A stretch of DNA of 32,000 bases from Paracoccus suum. Its GTDB lineage: Bacteria > Pseudomonadota > Alphaproteobacteria > Rhodobacterales > Rhodobacteraceae. Positions within the stretch are counted from its first letter, which is position 1. Every line of letters begins with the position of its first letter. The notes beneath the pieces were generated by a model. That model did not search any database. It worked only from the letters and a program-made list of their open reading frames with translations, and was not told the origin of the DNA. The stretch is from NCBI RefSeq assembly GCF_003324675.1, contig NZ_CP030918.1:660001-692000 (forward strand), read 5' to 3'. The position numbers and the translations under genes were made by a program. Below, piece by piece: positions 8,174 to 17,184 of the stretch.

Positions 8174-8216
8174 GCCCTCCCGTTAACCGTTCGTTAAGAA
8201 TGGTTAACGGGAGGGC
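8174..8216 (-). other. Perfect 15-bp stem-loop between the gcvP stop and the Excalibur-gene start; its 3' arm contains that gene's SD
   Basis: GCCCTCCCGTTAACC (8174-8188) pairs with GGTTAACGGGAGGGC (8202-8216) across a 13-nt loop. On the minus strand the 3' arm reads ...GGTTAACGGGAGGGC CCA ATG. No U-tract follows the hairpin. Confidence 0.6.
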
Positions 8217-8260
8217 GCTGTGACAAGCGCGGTGATCTAATCCCGGCGCGCCCGCTGGTT

Positions 8261-11098
8261 TTATTCGGCCGCCTGGGCGTAGTCCTCCAGCGGCGGGCAG
8301 GTGCAGATGAGGTTGCGGTCGCCCGCGACGTTGTCCACCCGGCCGACCGGCGGCCAGTATTTGTCCACGCGGAAGCTGCCGGGGGGGAAGCAGCCCTGCT
8401 CTCGCGGGTAGGGACGGTCCCAATCGCCGACCAGATCCTCGACCGTGTGCGGGGCGTGCCGCAGCGGCGAGGCGGTGGCCTCGACGCGCCCCTGGGCGAC
8501 GTCCTCGATCTCGGTACGGATGGCCAACAGCGCGGTGACAAAGCGGTCCAGTTCGGCCTTGGTCTCGGATTCGGTCGGCTCGACCATCAGCGTGCCGGTC
8601 ACCGGCCAGCTCATCGTCGGGGCATGGAAACCGTTGTCGATCAGGCGCTTGGCGATGTCGTCGACGGTCACGCCATGGGCGGCAAAGGGCCGGGTGTCGA
8701 GGATGCACTCATGCGCGCAGCGGCCCCGGTTGCCGAGGAACAGGATCGGATAGGCGCCTTTCAGACGGGTGGCGATGTAGTTGGCGTTCAGGATCGCCAC
8801 GCGGGTCGCCTGGGTCAGGCCGGCGCCGCCCATCATCAGGATATAGGCCCACGAGATCAGCAGGATCGAGGCGCTGCCGAACGGCGCCGCACTAACCGCG
8901 CCGCCATCCGCCGCCTGCGGATCGCCTGGCAGGAACGGCGCCAGATGCGCCTTGACGCCGATCGGCCCCATGCCCGGCCCGCCCCCGCCGTGTGGAATGG
9001 CAAAGGTCTTGTGCAGGTTCAGGTGGCTGACGTCGCTGCCGATCTCGCCCGGCTTCACCAGACCGACGAGGGCGTTCATGTTGGCGCCGTCCAGATAGAC
9101 CTGGCCACCATGCTCGTGGGTGATGCGGCAGACGTCCCGCACCGTCTCCTCGAACACGCCATGGGTGCTGGGATAGGTGATCATGCAGGCCGCCAGACGG
9201 TCGCCCGCGGCCTTGGCCTTGGCCGCGAAGTCGTCGAGGTCGATGTCGCCGGTCGCGGTGGACTTGACCACCACGACCTCCATTCCCGCCATCTGCGCCG
9301 AGGCCGGGTTGGTGCCATGGGCCGAGACCGGGATCAGGCAGACCCGGCGCTGATCGTCGCCATTGGCGCGGTGATAGGCCAGGATCGTCAGCAGACCGGC
9401 ATATTCGCCTTGCGCGCCGCTGTTCGGCTGCATCGAAAAGGCGTCATAGCCAGTGATGTCGCAGAGCTTCGCCTCAAGGTCCGAGAGCATCGCGCCGTAA
9501 CCGGCCACGACCTCCTTCGGCGCGAAGGGGTGGACGTCTGCAAACTCCGGCCAGGTGATCGGCATCATCTCGGCGGCCGCGTTGAGCTTCATCGTGCATG
9601 AGCCGAGCGGGATCATCGCCCGGTCCAGCGCGAGGTCGCGGTCCGACAGGCGGCGCATGTAGCGCATCATCTCGGATTCGGCCCGGTTCATCTGGAACAC
9701 CGGGTGGGCGAGGTAGTCAGACGTGCGAACCAATCCCTCCGGCACGCCCTCGGGGGCTTCGGCGGGCAGTCCGGCGTCGCGTCCAAAGGCGACCTCCAGG
9801 AGGCGGTTCAGCACTTCATCGGTCGTCGTCTCATCGACGCTGATGCCGACGCGATCATTGCCGACCTTGCGCAGCAGGATGCCGTTCTCGCGCGCCGCCG
9901 TCAGGACCGCGGTCTGGCCGATCCCGACCTCGACGGTCAGGGTGTCGAAAAAGCTGTCGTTGACGATGGTGGCGCCGGCCTCGCGCAGGGCTGCAGCGAG
10001 GCGCGCGGTGCGCTGGTGGATGCGGGTGGCGATGGCGCGCAGGCCCTTGGGGCCGTGGAACACGGCATAGAACCCGGCCATGACCGCCAGCAGCGCCTGC
10101 GCGGTACAGACGTTGCTGGTCGCCTTTTCGCGGCGGATGTGCTGCTCGCGCGTCTGCAGCGACAGGCGATAGGCGCGGTTGCCGCGCGCGTCGACGCTGA
10201 CGCCGACGATCCGGCCGGGCATCGAGCGTTTCAGCGCGTCCCGGCAGGCAAAGAAGGCGGCGTGGGGGCCGCCATACCCCATCTGCACGCCGAACCGCTG
10301 GGCGCTGCCGACAGCCATGTCGGCGCCCATCTCGCCCGGCGATTTCAGGACGCAGAGCGCCATCAGGTCGGTGGCCACGATGGCAAGGCCGCCCTGCGCG
10401 TGGACCGCCTCGATCGGCGCGGTAAGGTCGGTCAACTCGCCATAGGTGCCCGGATACTGGAAGATCGCGCCGAAGATGCCCTCGGGGACCTCATTCGCCC
10501 GGCCGCTGACAACCTCGATCCCCAGAGGCTCGGCGCGGGTGCGCAGCACGGCCAAGGTCTGCGGGTGCAGCGCCTCGTCGGCAAAGAAGCGCAGCGATTT
10601 CGCCTTGGCGGAACGTTGCGCCATGGTCATCGCCTCGGCTGCCGCCGTTGCCTCGTCCAGCAGCGAGGCGTTGGCCACGTCGAGCCCGGTCAGGTCGGTG
10701 ACCATGGTCTGGTAGTTCAGCAGCGCTTCAAGCCGGCCCTGCGCGATTTCGGGTTGGTAGGGGGTGTACGCCGTGTACCAGGCCGGGTTTTCCAGGATGT
10801 TGCGCTGGATCGCCGGCGGGGTGACGGTCCCGTAATAGCCCTGCCCGATCAGGCTGACCATGCGCGGGTTAGCCTTGGCCAGATCGCGCATCTTCGAGAG
10901 CAGCTCATGCTCGGAGAGCGAAGGCCAGTCGAGCACGTCCGCCTGGCGGATCGAGCCCGGCACGGTCTCGTCGATCAGCGCCTCCAGCGAGCCGAGGCCC
11001 AGCGCCGAGAGCATCTCGGTCATCTCGGCCGGCGACGGGCCGATATGGCGACGGTTGGCGAAATCATAGGGATCGTAGTCGGTGACTGGGAGGGACAT
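8261..11098 (-). CDS. gcvP: Glycine dehydrogenase (decarboxylating), glycine cleavage P protein, single-chain form
   Basis: The protein is 945 aa. It contains the PLP-lysine region [19 protein letters not shown], and full-length similarity to GcvP is evident from the sequence. Confidence 0.97.
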   Translation of the reverse strand: MSLPVTDYDPYDFANRRHIGPSPAEMTEMLSALGLGSLEALIDETVPGSIRQADVLDWPSLSEHELLSKMRDLAKANPRMVSLIGQGYYGTVTPPAIQRNILENPAWYTAYTPYQPEIAQGRLEALLNYQTMVTDLTGLDVANASLLDEATAAAEAMTMAQRSAKAKSLRFFADEALHPQTLAVLRTRAEPLGIEVVSGRANEVPEGIFGAIFQYPGTYGELTDLTAPIEAVHAQGGLAIVATDLMALCVLKSPGEMGADMAVGSAQRFGVQMGYGGPHAAFFACRDALKRSMPGRIVGVSVDARGNRAYRLSLQTREQHIRREKATSNVCTAQALLAVMAGFYAVFHGPKGLRAIATRIHQRTARLAAALREAGATIVNDSFFDTLTVEVGIGQTAVLTAARENGILLRKVGNDRVGISVDETTTDEVLNRLLEVAFGRDAGLPAEAPEGVPEGLVRTSDYLAHPVFQMNRAESEMMRYMRRLSDRDLALDRAMIPLGSCTMKLNAAAEMMPITWPEFADVHPFAPKEVVAGYGAMLSDLEAKLCDITGYDAFSMQPNSGAQGEYAGLLTILAYHRANGDDQRRVCLIPVSAHGTNPASAQMAGMEVVVVKSTATGDIDLDDFAAKAKAAGDRLAACMITYPSTHGVFEETVRDVCRITHEHGGQVYLDGANMNALVGLVKPGEIGSDVSHLNLHKTFAIPHGGGGPGMGPIGVKAHLAPFLPGDPQAADGGAVSAAPFGSASILLISWAYILMMGGAGLTQATRVAILNANYIATRLKGAYPILFLGNRGRCAHECILDTRPFAAHGVTVDDIAKRLIDNGFHAPTMSWPVTGTLMVEPTESETKAELDRFVTALLAIRTEIEDVAQGRVEATASPLRHAPHTVEDLVGDWDRPYPREQGCFPPGSFRVDKYWPPVGRVDNVAGDRNLICTCPPLEDYAQAAE

Positions 11099-11102
11099 CG
11101 GG

Positions 11103-11471
11103 TCAACCTTCGTGATGGGCGTCGGTATGGGCGAGGACGTTGATCAGGTTGCCCTCGGGGTCGCGCAGGTAAAAGCGGCGCACGCCCCAGGGCTCGGTCA
11201 CGGGGCCGTAGACGGGCGCTGCCCCCGCCGCGCGAGCGGCGGTCTCGACCGCGTCGAGGTCATCGACGGCGATCGAGATGGCTGGCATCGCGGTCCCCGA
11301 GCCACCCTCGGACGCGGTGTGCAGCTCGATCTCCGGGCGGGCATCGCCCTTCAGGAAGGCGATCCAGCCCATCTCGAGCGGGATCGCCAGCCCGAAGACG
11401 TCGCAGTAAAAGCGCGCGAGCCGCACGGGATCGGTGGCGGGCAGGTTGGCGATGATGCGCCGCACCGCCAT
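11103..11471 (-). CDS. VOC (glyoxalase/bleomycin-resistance/dioxygenase) family protein
   Basis: The protein is 122 aa. FYCDVFGL... and [16 protein letters not shown] are typical VOC beta-alpha-beta-beta-beta elements. It is packed between gcvH (3-nt gap) and gcvP (4-nt gap). Confidence 0.8.
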   Translation of the reverse strand: MAVRRIIANLPATDPVRLARFYCDVFGLAIPLEMGWIAFLKGDARPEIELHTASEGGSGTAMPAISIAVDDLDAVETAARAAGAAPVYGPVTEPWGVRRFYLRDPEGNLINVLAHTDAHHEG

Positions 11472-11474
11472 GGA

Positions 11475-11834
11475 TCAGCCGATCAGCGCCTGATAGCCGG
11501 CCTCGTCCATGAAACCGTCCGCGGCACCGGCCTCGGCCGGCTTGATGCGAAAGAACCACGCGCCCATGGCGTCGGTGTTCACGCTGCCCGGATCGGTGCC
11601 CAGCACGTCGTTGACGGCGGTGATCGTGCCCGCCAGCGGGGCGGTGATCTCGGACGCGGCCTTGACCGATTCGATCACCACGATCTCGTCGCCCGCAGCG
11701 ACCTCGCGGCCGACCTCGGGCAGGTCGATGAACACCACATCGCCCAGTTGCTCGGCGGCATGGTCGGTGATGCCGACGACAAGCTCGTCGCCCTCGGGGC
11801 GCAGCCACTCGTGATTTTCAGTATAGCGCAGCAT
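11475..11834 (-). CDS. gcvH: Glycine cleavage system H protein
   Basis: MLRYTENHEWL... with the lipoyl-lysine motif VVIESVKAASEI. The protein is 119 aa. Confidence 0.95.
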   Translation of the reverse strand: MLRYTENHEWLRPEGDELVVGITDHAAEQLGDVVFIDLPEVGREVAAGDEIVVIESVKAASEITAPLAGTITAVNDVLGTDPGSVNTDAMGAWFFRIKPAEAGAADGFMDEAGYQALIG

Positions 11835-11842
11835 GGCAGACC

Positions 11843-12970
11843 TCAGCGTTTGTAGGAGGGTTTGACGAAAGGCATGGGGGCGATCGTAACCGGAACGCGC
11901 TTGCCGCGCAGTTCCGCATAGATGGTCGTGCCATCGGCCAGGTCGGCCGGCAGGATGGCGCTGGCGATGGGCGCGCCGACGGTCGGGCCAAAGCCGCCCG
12001 ACTGGACGGTGCCGATGGACTCGCCGCCGGTCTCGGCCGCGAACAGGGGCACGCCCTCGCGGATCGGGGCACGGCCCTCGGGGCGCAGTCCGCGGCGGAT
12101 CGCCTTGGCGCCTTCTGCAATCTCGGCCAGGACCTTGTCCGCTCCGGGAAAACCGCCTGCCCGCGGCCCGCCGGTGCGGCGCGCCTTGGGGATCGACCAG
12201 CCAAGGCCAGCCGCGGCCGGCGTGGTGTTCAGGTCCATGTCATGCCCGTAGAGGGGCATTCCAGCCTCGAGCCGCAAGGAATCGCGCGCGCCAAGGCCGA
12301 TCAGCGCCACCGCCTCGTCGGCCAGCAGCGCCTCGGCCAACTCGACCGCACGATCCGAGGGGACCGAAATCTCGAACCCGTCCTCGCCGGTATAGCCCGA
12401 ACGGCTGACCCACAGCGTGGCGCCGTCCCAATCGAGCTCGGCCACGTCCATGAAGCGCATGTCGGCAGCGCCCGGCACCAGCCGGGCCAGAACGGCCTCT
12501 GCCTCGGGGCCCTGCAGCGCCAACAGGGCGCGGTCGCTGACGACCTCGACCGCGACGCCATCGAGGGTTTGCAGATGGGCGATGTCCTGATCGGCGCAGC
12601 CGGCATTGACCACGAGGAACAGGTGATCGCCCTTGTTGGCGATCATCAGATCGTCCAGCACGCCGCCATCCTCGCTGGTGAAGAGGCCGTAGCGCTGGCG
12701 TCCCTCGGCCAGCCCGATGACATCGGCAGGCACCAGTGTCTCGAGGATTTCGCTGGCCGGGGCGCCCCCGGGGGTGCCCCGCACCAGCACCTGGCCCATG
12801 TGCGAAACGTCGAATAGCCCGGCCTTGGCGCGGGTGTGCAGATGCTCGCCCATGACGCCCAGCGGATACTGGACCGGCATCTCCCAGCCGGCAAAGGGCA
12901 CCATGCGCGCGCCTTGCGCCACGTGCAGGTCGTACAGCGGGGTGCGCCGCAGCGCGGATTGATCGGTCAT
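11843..12970 (-). CDS. gcvT: Aminomethyltransferase, glycine cleavage T protein
   Basis: LRRTPLYDLHVAQGARMVPFAGWEMPVQY and DVSHMGQ are typical GcvT motifs. GGAGG lies 5 nt upstream of the ATG at 12970. Confidence 0.95.
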   Translation of the reverse strand: MTDQSALRRTPLYDLHVAQGARMVPFAGWEMPVQYPLGVMGEHLHTRAKAGLFDVSHMGQVLVRGTPGGAPASEILETLVPADVIGLAEGRQRYGLFTSEDGGVLDDLMIANKGDHLFLVVNAGCADQDIAHLQTLDGVAVEVVSDRALLALQGPEAEAVLARLVPGAADMRFMDVAELDWDGATLWVSRSGYTGEDGFEISVPSDRAVELAEALLADEAVALIGLGARDSLRLEAGMPLYGHDMDLNTTPAAAGLGWSIPKARRTGGPRAGGFPGADKVLAEIAEGAKAIRRGLRPEGRAPIREGVPLFAAETGGESIGTVQSGGFGPTVGAPIASAILPADLADGTTIYAELRGKRVPVTIAPMPFVKPSYKR

Positions 12971-13045
12971 CCCAGCCTCCCGGTCCGGCCGCGCGCCATG
13001 CGGGCCGGCGTCATCGATGCGGGTCCGATCGCCCGCCGATGCCCC

Positions 13046-13213
13046 CTCTGTCCTTTGCGCCTGAGATCGTTATCCCTTCGGCGGACGCGGCCTTGCGGCG
13101 CGCGCCTTCTCTCCAGAGTCCGTCACGGAAACGGTCTTTTCGCCTGAGAGTTTACCGGGGCGGTTGCTCCTTCGGCCCCGGGCGCTGAGGCCCGGTGTCT
13201 CCCGATTTCCGTG
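13046..13213 (-). promoter_or_regulatory. Tandem glycine riboswitch (two aptamers) in the gcvT leader
   Basis: Aptamer 1 on the minus strand reads CACGGAAATCGGGAGACACCGGG...GCCGAAGGAGCAACCGCCCCGGTAAACTCTCAGGCGAAAAGACCGTTTCCGTG. Aptamer 2 reads CTCTGGAGAGAAGGCGCG...CGCCGAAGGGATAACGATCTCAGGCGCAAAGGACAGAG. Both have closing P1 helices and the conserved GGAGA / CCGAAGG / CUCAGGC-AAAGGAC blocks. Confidence 0.88.
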
Positions 13214-13265
13214 CCAGCGGCGTAGCCGGGCGGCAGGATTCTGGCAAGCCCCTTGTAAGCGGCCC

Positions 13266-14177
13266 CTAAAGCCGGCCGAGGGCCACCGCCGTCCAGAACA
13301 CCGCATCGCCGCTGAAGCCTTGGCGATAGACGCCAGCCCGGCGCATGGCGCGGGCGGTGGCCAGTGAGCTGCGGGCGGCCAAGCCGGTTTGCAGCGCCGC
13401 AAGCTGGGCGCGGTGGGTTGGCGTGAGGCGCGCAGCCGAGGCCGCAAGCGCCGCCGCCTGCGATGCCATCAACCCGCGCGATTGGCCGCGCAACAGCCGC
13501 AACCCGCGCCGCGCCAACGCGACCGGGCCCCGCCCGGCGCCAATCTGGTTCGATCCATGCTGGCGGTAATCCATCGCCGGCTCGGGGTCGAACAGGACCC
13601 GCCCGCCGATGCCGGTAATCATCTGGTAGGCCCACCAGTCATGCAAAGGCGGCGCGCCGCCATCCGCCAGTGCCGCGGTCAGGGCTGCGACGCCGGCCGG
13701 GTTCAGCACCATGGTATTGCCGCTGGCGATGTTCTGCACCAGCGCGTTGCCAAACCCCGGTGGGCGCGACAGCCCGCGCGAGAGGCCAATGGGGTCCAGC
13801 GCATCATCCACCAGCCGCGTGCGCGCGGCGTAGAGGGCTGGTCCGGCCGATGCCGCCAAGGCCGCATCCGCGCGGGACACCTTGTCCGCGTACCAGACAT
13901 CGTCCTGATCGCAGAATGCGGCCGACATCCCCGCCGGCACCAGCGGAAGCATCGACAGGAAATTGGCGGCAAACCCCCGCCCCGGCCCGCGCCGAACAGT
14001 CACGCGTTCCGGATAACGGGCCGCAAACCCCTGCAGTAGCGTGCCGGTCGCGTCGGTCGAGCCGTCGTCGCTGGCGATCAGCTGCCAGTCCGCGGTCTGC
14101 GCAGCAATGCTGTCCAACTGCGCCGGCAGGTGACGGGCGCCGTTGTAGGTGCCCAGCAGGATTGCCGTCGTCGCCAC
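13266..14177 (-). CDS. Family 2 glycosyltransferase
   Basis: ILLGTYNGARHLPAQLDSIAAQT...LIASDDGSTDAT is the classic GT2 N-terminal motif. The GTG start lies 3 nt after the MFS stop. Confidence 0.75.
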   Translation of the reverse strand: MATTAILLGTYNGARHLPAQLDSIAAQTADWQLIASDDGSTDATGTLLQGFAARYPERVTVRRGPGRGFAANFLSMLPLVPAGMSAAFCDQDDVWYADKVSRADAALAASAGPALYAARTRLVDDALDPIGLSRGLSRPPGFGNALVQNIASGNTMVLNPAGVAALTAALADGGAPPLHDWWAYQMITGIGGRVLFDPEPAMDYRQHGSNQIGAGRGPVALARRGLRLLRGQSRGLMASQAAALAASAARLTPTHRAQLAALQTGLAARSSLATARAMRRAGVYRQGFSGDAVFWTAVALGRL

Positions 14178-14180
14178 CCT

Positions 14181-15494
14181 TCAGCCCAGCGCGCGGCCGC
14201 GCGTCTCGATCCGCATCAGCGCTGCAATCACCGCGGCCGCCAGCAGCAACGCCGCAAAAAGACCCCCGGCAACCCCAAACCCTTGCGCAATCACCAGCAC
14301 GAGCGCGGAGGGTGCCAGCAGACCAGCGGCACGCGCCGCCGCACTGGCCGTGCCCATCCCCGAGGCGCGCAGCGCGGTCGGGTAGATCTCGGGCGTAAAG
14401 GCGTAGAGGGCGCCCCAGGTGCCGAGCAGGGCAAAGCTCATCACCAACAGCGAGACTGCGATTACCGTCGGCGAGGGCGCGAGGGCAAAGCCTGCGCAAC
14501 CGATGGCACTGAGAATCAGGAACGCGGTCAGCGTCGGCCGCCGGCCCCAAGCCTCAACCCCCCATGCGGCGAGCGCGTAGCCCGGCAGTTGCGCCAGCGC
14601 GAGGATCACCAGGAAGCCATAGCCACGTACAAAGCCGAAGCCTTCGCCCGCCAGCCGCGGCGGCAGCCAGGTGAACACGCCATAGTAGGCGAGCGAGACG
14701 AGGAACCACAGCGCCAGCACCGACAGGGTGCGCGCCCGCAGGGCGGGGCTGAAGAGGCCGCCCGTCACCGGCTCGATCCGCGGCAGCACTAGCCGGACCT
14801 CGGGCGCGAGGGGCGGGGCCTCGTTAGTCGCCAGCACCCGGCCGACGACCGCGCGCGCCTCGGCTTCGCGGCCCCGGCGCAGCAGGAACATCGGCGATTC
14901 GGGCACCCAAAGGCGCAGGCCGACGCCGATCAGCGCGGGAATGGCGGCGGCAAAATAGATCCAGCGGAATGCCTCGGGCGTGCCGGCGCGCGATGCCGCC
15001 CATGCGGTCAGGGCGATGGCGATGGTGCCAAGCGCCCAGAACCCCTCGAGCATGACCAGCCAGCGCCCGCGGTTCTTTGGCGGCAGGAACTCTGCCATCA
15101 GCGCATAATCGACGGGCAGCGTGCCGCCGACTGCCATGCCGGTCAGGAAGCGCAAGGCGAGCAGCGCGGTGAAATCATGCGCAAAGACCGAGGCGAGGCC
15201 AAAGATCGCGTCCAGCCCGACCGTCAGCAGCAGCACGTTGCGCCGGCCGATGCGGTCGGCCAGCCGGCCAAAGCCCGTAGCACCGAGGAACATGCCCAGA
15301 AAGAACAGCGTGCCGGTCTGCAGCGCCTGCGGGACCGAAATCCCGAAATGCGCGGCCAGCGAGGCGGCGGAAAATCCGACCGCGATCACCTGCATGGCAT
15401 CGGCGGCCCAGACGAGGCCAAAGATGCCCAGCAGCCGCCGCTGGAACCTGCCGGTGCCGCCCTGGGCAAGCGCCTCGTCGATGGTCATCTGCAT
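14181..15494 (-). CDS. MFS transporter (SV2/NiaP-like metabolite:H+ symporter type)
   Basis: About 12 hydrophobic segments are present. MFS motif A is GRLADRIGRRNVLL. The N-terminal RFQRRLLGIFGLVWAADAMQVIAVGF resembles NiaP-like carriers. Confidence 0.85.
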   Translation of the reverse strand: MQMTIDEALAQGGTGRFQRRLLGIFGLVWAADAMQVIAVGFSAASLAAHFGISVPQALQTGTLFFLGMFLGATGFGRLADRIGRRNVLLLTVGLDAIFGLASVFAHDFTALLALRFLTGMAVGGTLPVDYALMAEFLPPKNRGRWLVMLEGFWALGTIAIALTAWAASRAGTPEAFRWIYFAAAIPALIGVGLRLWVPESPMFLLRRGREAEARAVVGRVLATNEAPPLAPEVRLVLPRIEPVTGGLFSPALRARTLSVLALWFLVSLAYYGVFTWLPPRLAGEGFGFVRGYGFLVILALAQLPGYALAAWGVEAWGRRPTLTAFLILSAIGCAGFALAPSPTVIAVSLLVMSFALLGTWGALYAFTPEIYPTALRASGMGTASAAARAAGLLAPSALVLVIAQGFGVAGGLFAALLLAAAVIAALMRIETRGRALG

Positions 15495-15568
15495 GGCTCG
15501 CCCCCGGGTCCCGCCGCTATGTCGGCCGCTGATGTCACGAAAGCGTCAATCGCGAAAGTGCTCGAATG

Positions 15569-16006
15569 TCACAGGGTTAGATGCTGCGTCAGCGCCTCGA
15601 GAGCCAGCACATAGCCGATCGGGCCAAAGCCGCAGATCATGCCGACCGACACCGGGGCGATGAAGGAATGATGCCGCACCGCTTCGCGCTTGTGGATGTT
15701 GGACAGATGCACTTCTGCCACCGGCAGCCCCACGGCGGACAGGGCGTCAGCGATGGCGAGCGAGGAATGGGTGTAGGCGCCGGCGTTGATGACGATCCCG
15801 TCGTGCTTGCCGCGGGCGGCGTGGACCGCGTCGATCAGCGCGCCCTCATGGTTGGATTGCAGGCATTCGACCGTCAGCCCGAGGCGCGCGGCTGCCTCCG
15901 CGCACATCTTCTCGATGTCGGCGAGGGTCGCGGCGCCGTAGATCTGCGGCTCGCGGGCGCCCAGCAGATTGAGGTTCGGGCCGTTGAGGATGAGGATCGA
16001 GGGCAT
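15569..16006 (-). CDS. aroQ: Type II 3-dehydroquinate dehydratase
   Basis: MPSILILNGPNLNLLGAREPQIYG...NHEGALID...INAGAYTHSSLAI...VEVHLSNIHKRE. I trimmed the start to the ATG at 16006 (146 aa). Confidence 0.9.
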   Translation of the reverse strand: MPSILILNGPNLNLLGAREPQIYGAATLADIEKMCAEAAARLGLTVECLQSNHEGALIDAVHAARGKHDGIVINAGAYTHSSLAIADALSAVGLPVAEVHLSNIHKREAVRHHSFIAPVSVGMICGFGPIGYVLALEALTQHLTL

Positions 16007-16080
16007 GGCGCGCCTTTTGCAACTGCTGCGCCATGCTTGGCGAAAGCGCCGCCCGAGGGCAAGCGCCTGACAGGGCCGGC

Positions 16081-17058
16081 TCAGAGAGCGGCGATGCGAG
16101 CCTTCGCCGCGGCGTATTCGCCGGCAAGTTGCGCCACGCGGTCTGCCACCGGAATCACCGCCTCGACAGCGCCAATTCCCATGCCGCAGCCCCAGATCTG
16201 GCTCCAAGCCTTGGGCTTGCCGCTGCCGCCGGGCGAGGCGAAGTCCAACTGCGCGGGATCGCCAGTCCCCAGCGCCACCGGGTCCAGCCCCGCATTGCGG
16301 ATGGATGGGGCAAGGTAATTACCGGAGATTCCGGTGATCGCGGCGGTAGTGACGATATCCTCAGCCCCGCTGTCGCAGATCATCTGCTTATAGGCCGGAT
16401 CCGCGTTCGCCTCGGGCGTCGCGATGAAGGGGCTGCCGATATAGGCCAGATCGGCCCCCATCGCCTGCGCCGCCAGAACCGCGCCGCCGGTGGCGATGGC
16501 GCCCGACAGCAGCAGCGGTCCATCGAAGAACGCCCGGATTTCCTGCACCAGCGCAAAGGGCGATTGCGGGCCGGCATGCCCGCCCGCCCCGGCCGCCACC
16601 GCGATCAGCCCGTCAGCGCCCTTTTCCAGGGCTTTGCGCGCATAGGTCACGTTGATGATGTCGTGCAGGGTGATGCCGCCGCAGTCGTGCGCGGCCTCGT
16701 TCACCTCGGGGCGCGCACCCAGCGAGGTGATCCAGATCGGCACCTTGTGGCGATGGCAGATCTCGATGTCGCGCTGCAGGCGGGCATTGGTCTTGTGAAC
16801 GATCTGGTTGACCGCAAAGGGCGCAGCCGGGCTGTCGGGATTGGCCTGATTGTGGCGGTCCAGTTCTTCCTCGATCCGGGTCAGCCAGGCCTCCAACCGG
16901 GGCGGCTCGCCGGCGGCCTCGCGCGCATTCAGCGCCGGAAAGCTGCCGACGATCCCGGCCTTGCACTGGGCGATCACCAAGTCCGGCCCCGATACGATGA
17001 ACATCGGCGCGGCGACGACCGGAAGGCGCAGGCGGCTGAGGATCGGAGGCAGGGACAT
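16081..17058 (-). CDS. Nitronate monooxygenase / NAD(P)H-dependent flavin oxidoreductase family protein
   Basis: LPVVAAPMFIVSGPDLVIAQCKAGIVGSFPALNAR and GADGLIAVAAGAGGH are NMO-type TIM-barrel motifs. I trimmed the start to the ATG at 17058. Confidence 0.8.
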   Translation of the reverse strand: MSLPPILSRLRLPVVAAPMFIVSGPDLVIAQCKAGIVGSFPALNAREAAGEPPRLEAWLTRIEEELDRHNQANPDSPAAPFAVNQIVHKTNARLQRDIEICHRHKVPIWITSLGARPEVNEAAHDCGGITLHDIINVTYARKALEKGADGLIAVAAGAGGHAGPQSPFALVQEIRAFFDGPLLLSGAIATGGAVLAAQAMGADLAYIGSPFIATPEANADPAYKQMICDSGAEDIVTTAAITGISGNYLAPSIRNAGLDPVALGTGDPAQLDFASPGGSGKPKAWSQIWGCGMGIGAVEAVIPVADRVAQLAGEYAAAKARIAAL

Positions 17059-17184
17059 GGCGGCTTTCCTTCGCGCAGACGGCTCGGCGGCATGTGGATG
17101 GGATCGCGCCAAGGGTGCAAGTGCCGACGTCGCGGCGCCTTGCCCCGCGCCCGTCGCCGTCGCAATCTGCCGGGCAACGAGAGC

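Noticed and set aside
9704-11143. Long antisense ORFs: 479 aa opposite gcvP here, and similarly 3357..4580 opposite lcdH, 23596..24963 opposite the PQQ dehydrogenase, 24954..26384 opposite mutL and 8447..9601 opposite gcvP.
   Set aside because: They are typical high-GC artefacts. Their translations are Arg/Gly/Ala/Pro-rich with no motifs, and the opposite strand encodes unmistakable conserved proteins.
16033-17184. The N-terminal 384 codons of the 648-aa track ORF that ends as the SDR.
   Set aside because: This part is antisense to the clearly real NMO-family gene and has junk composition. The SDR Rossmann motif begins right after the ATGs at 17185 and 17197.
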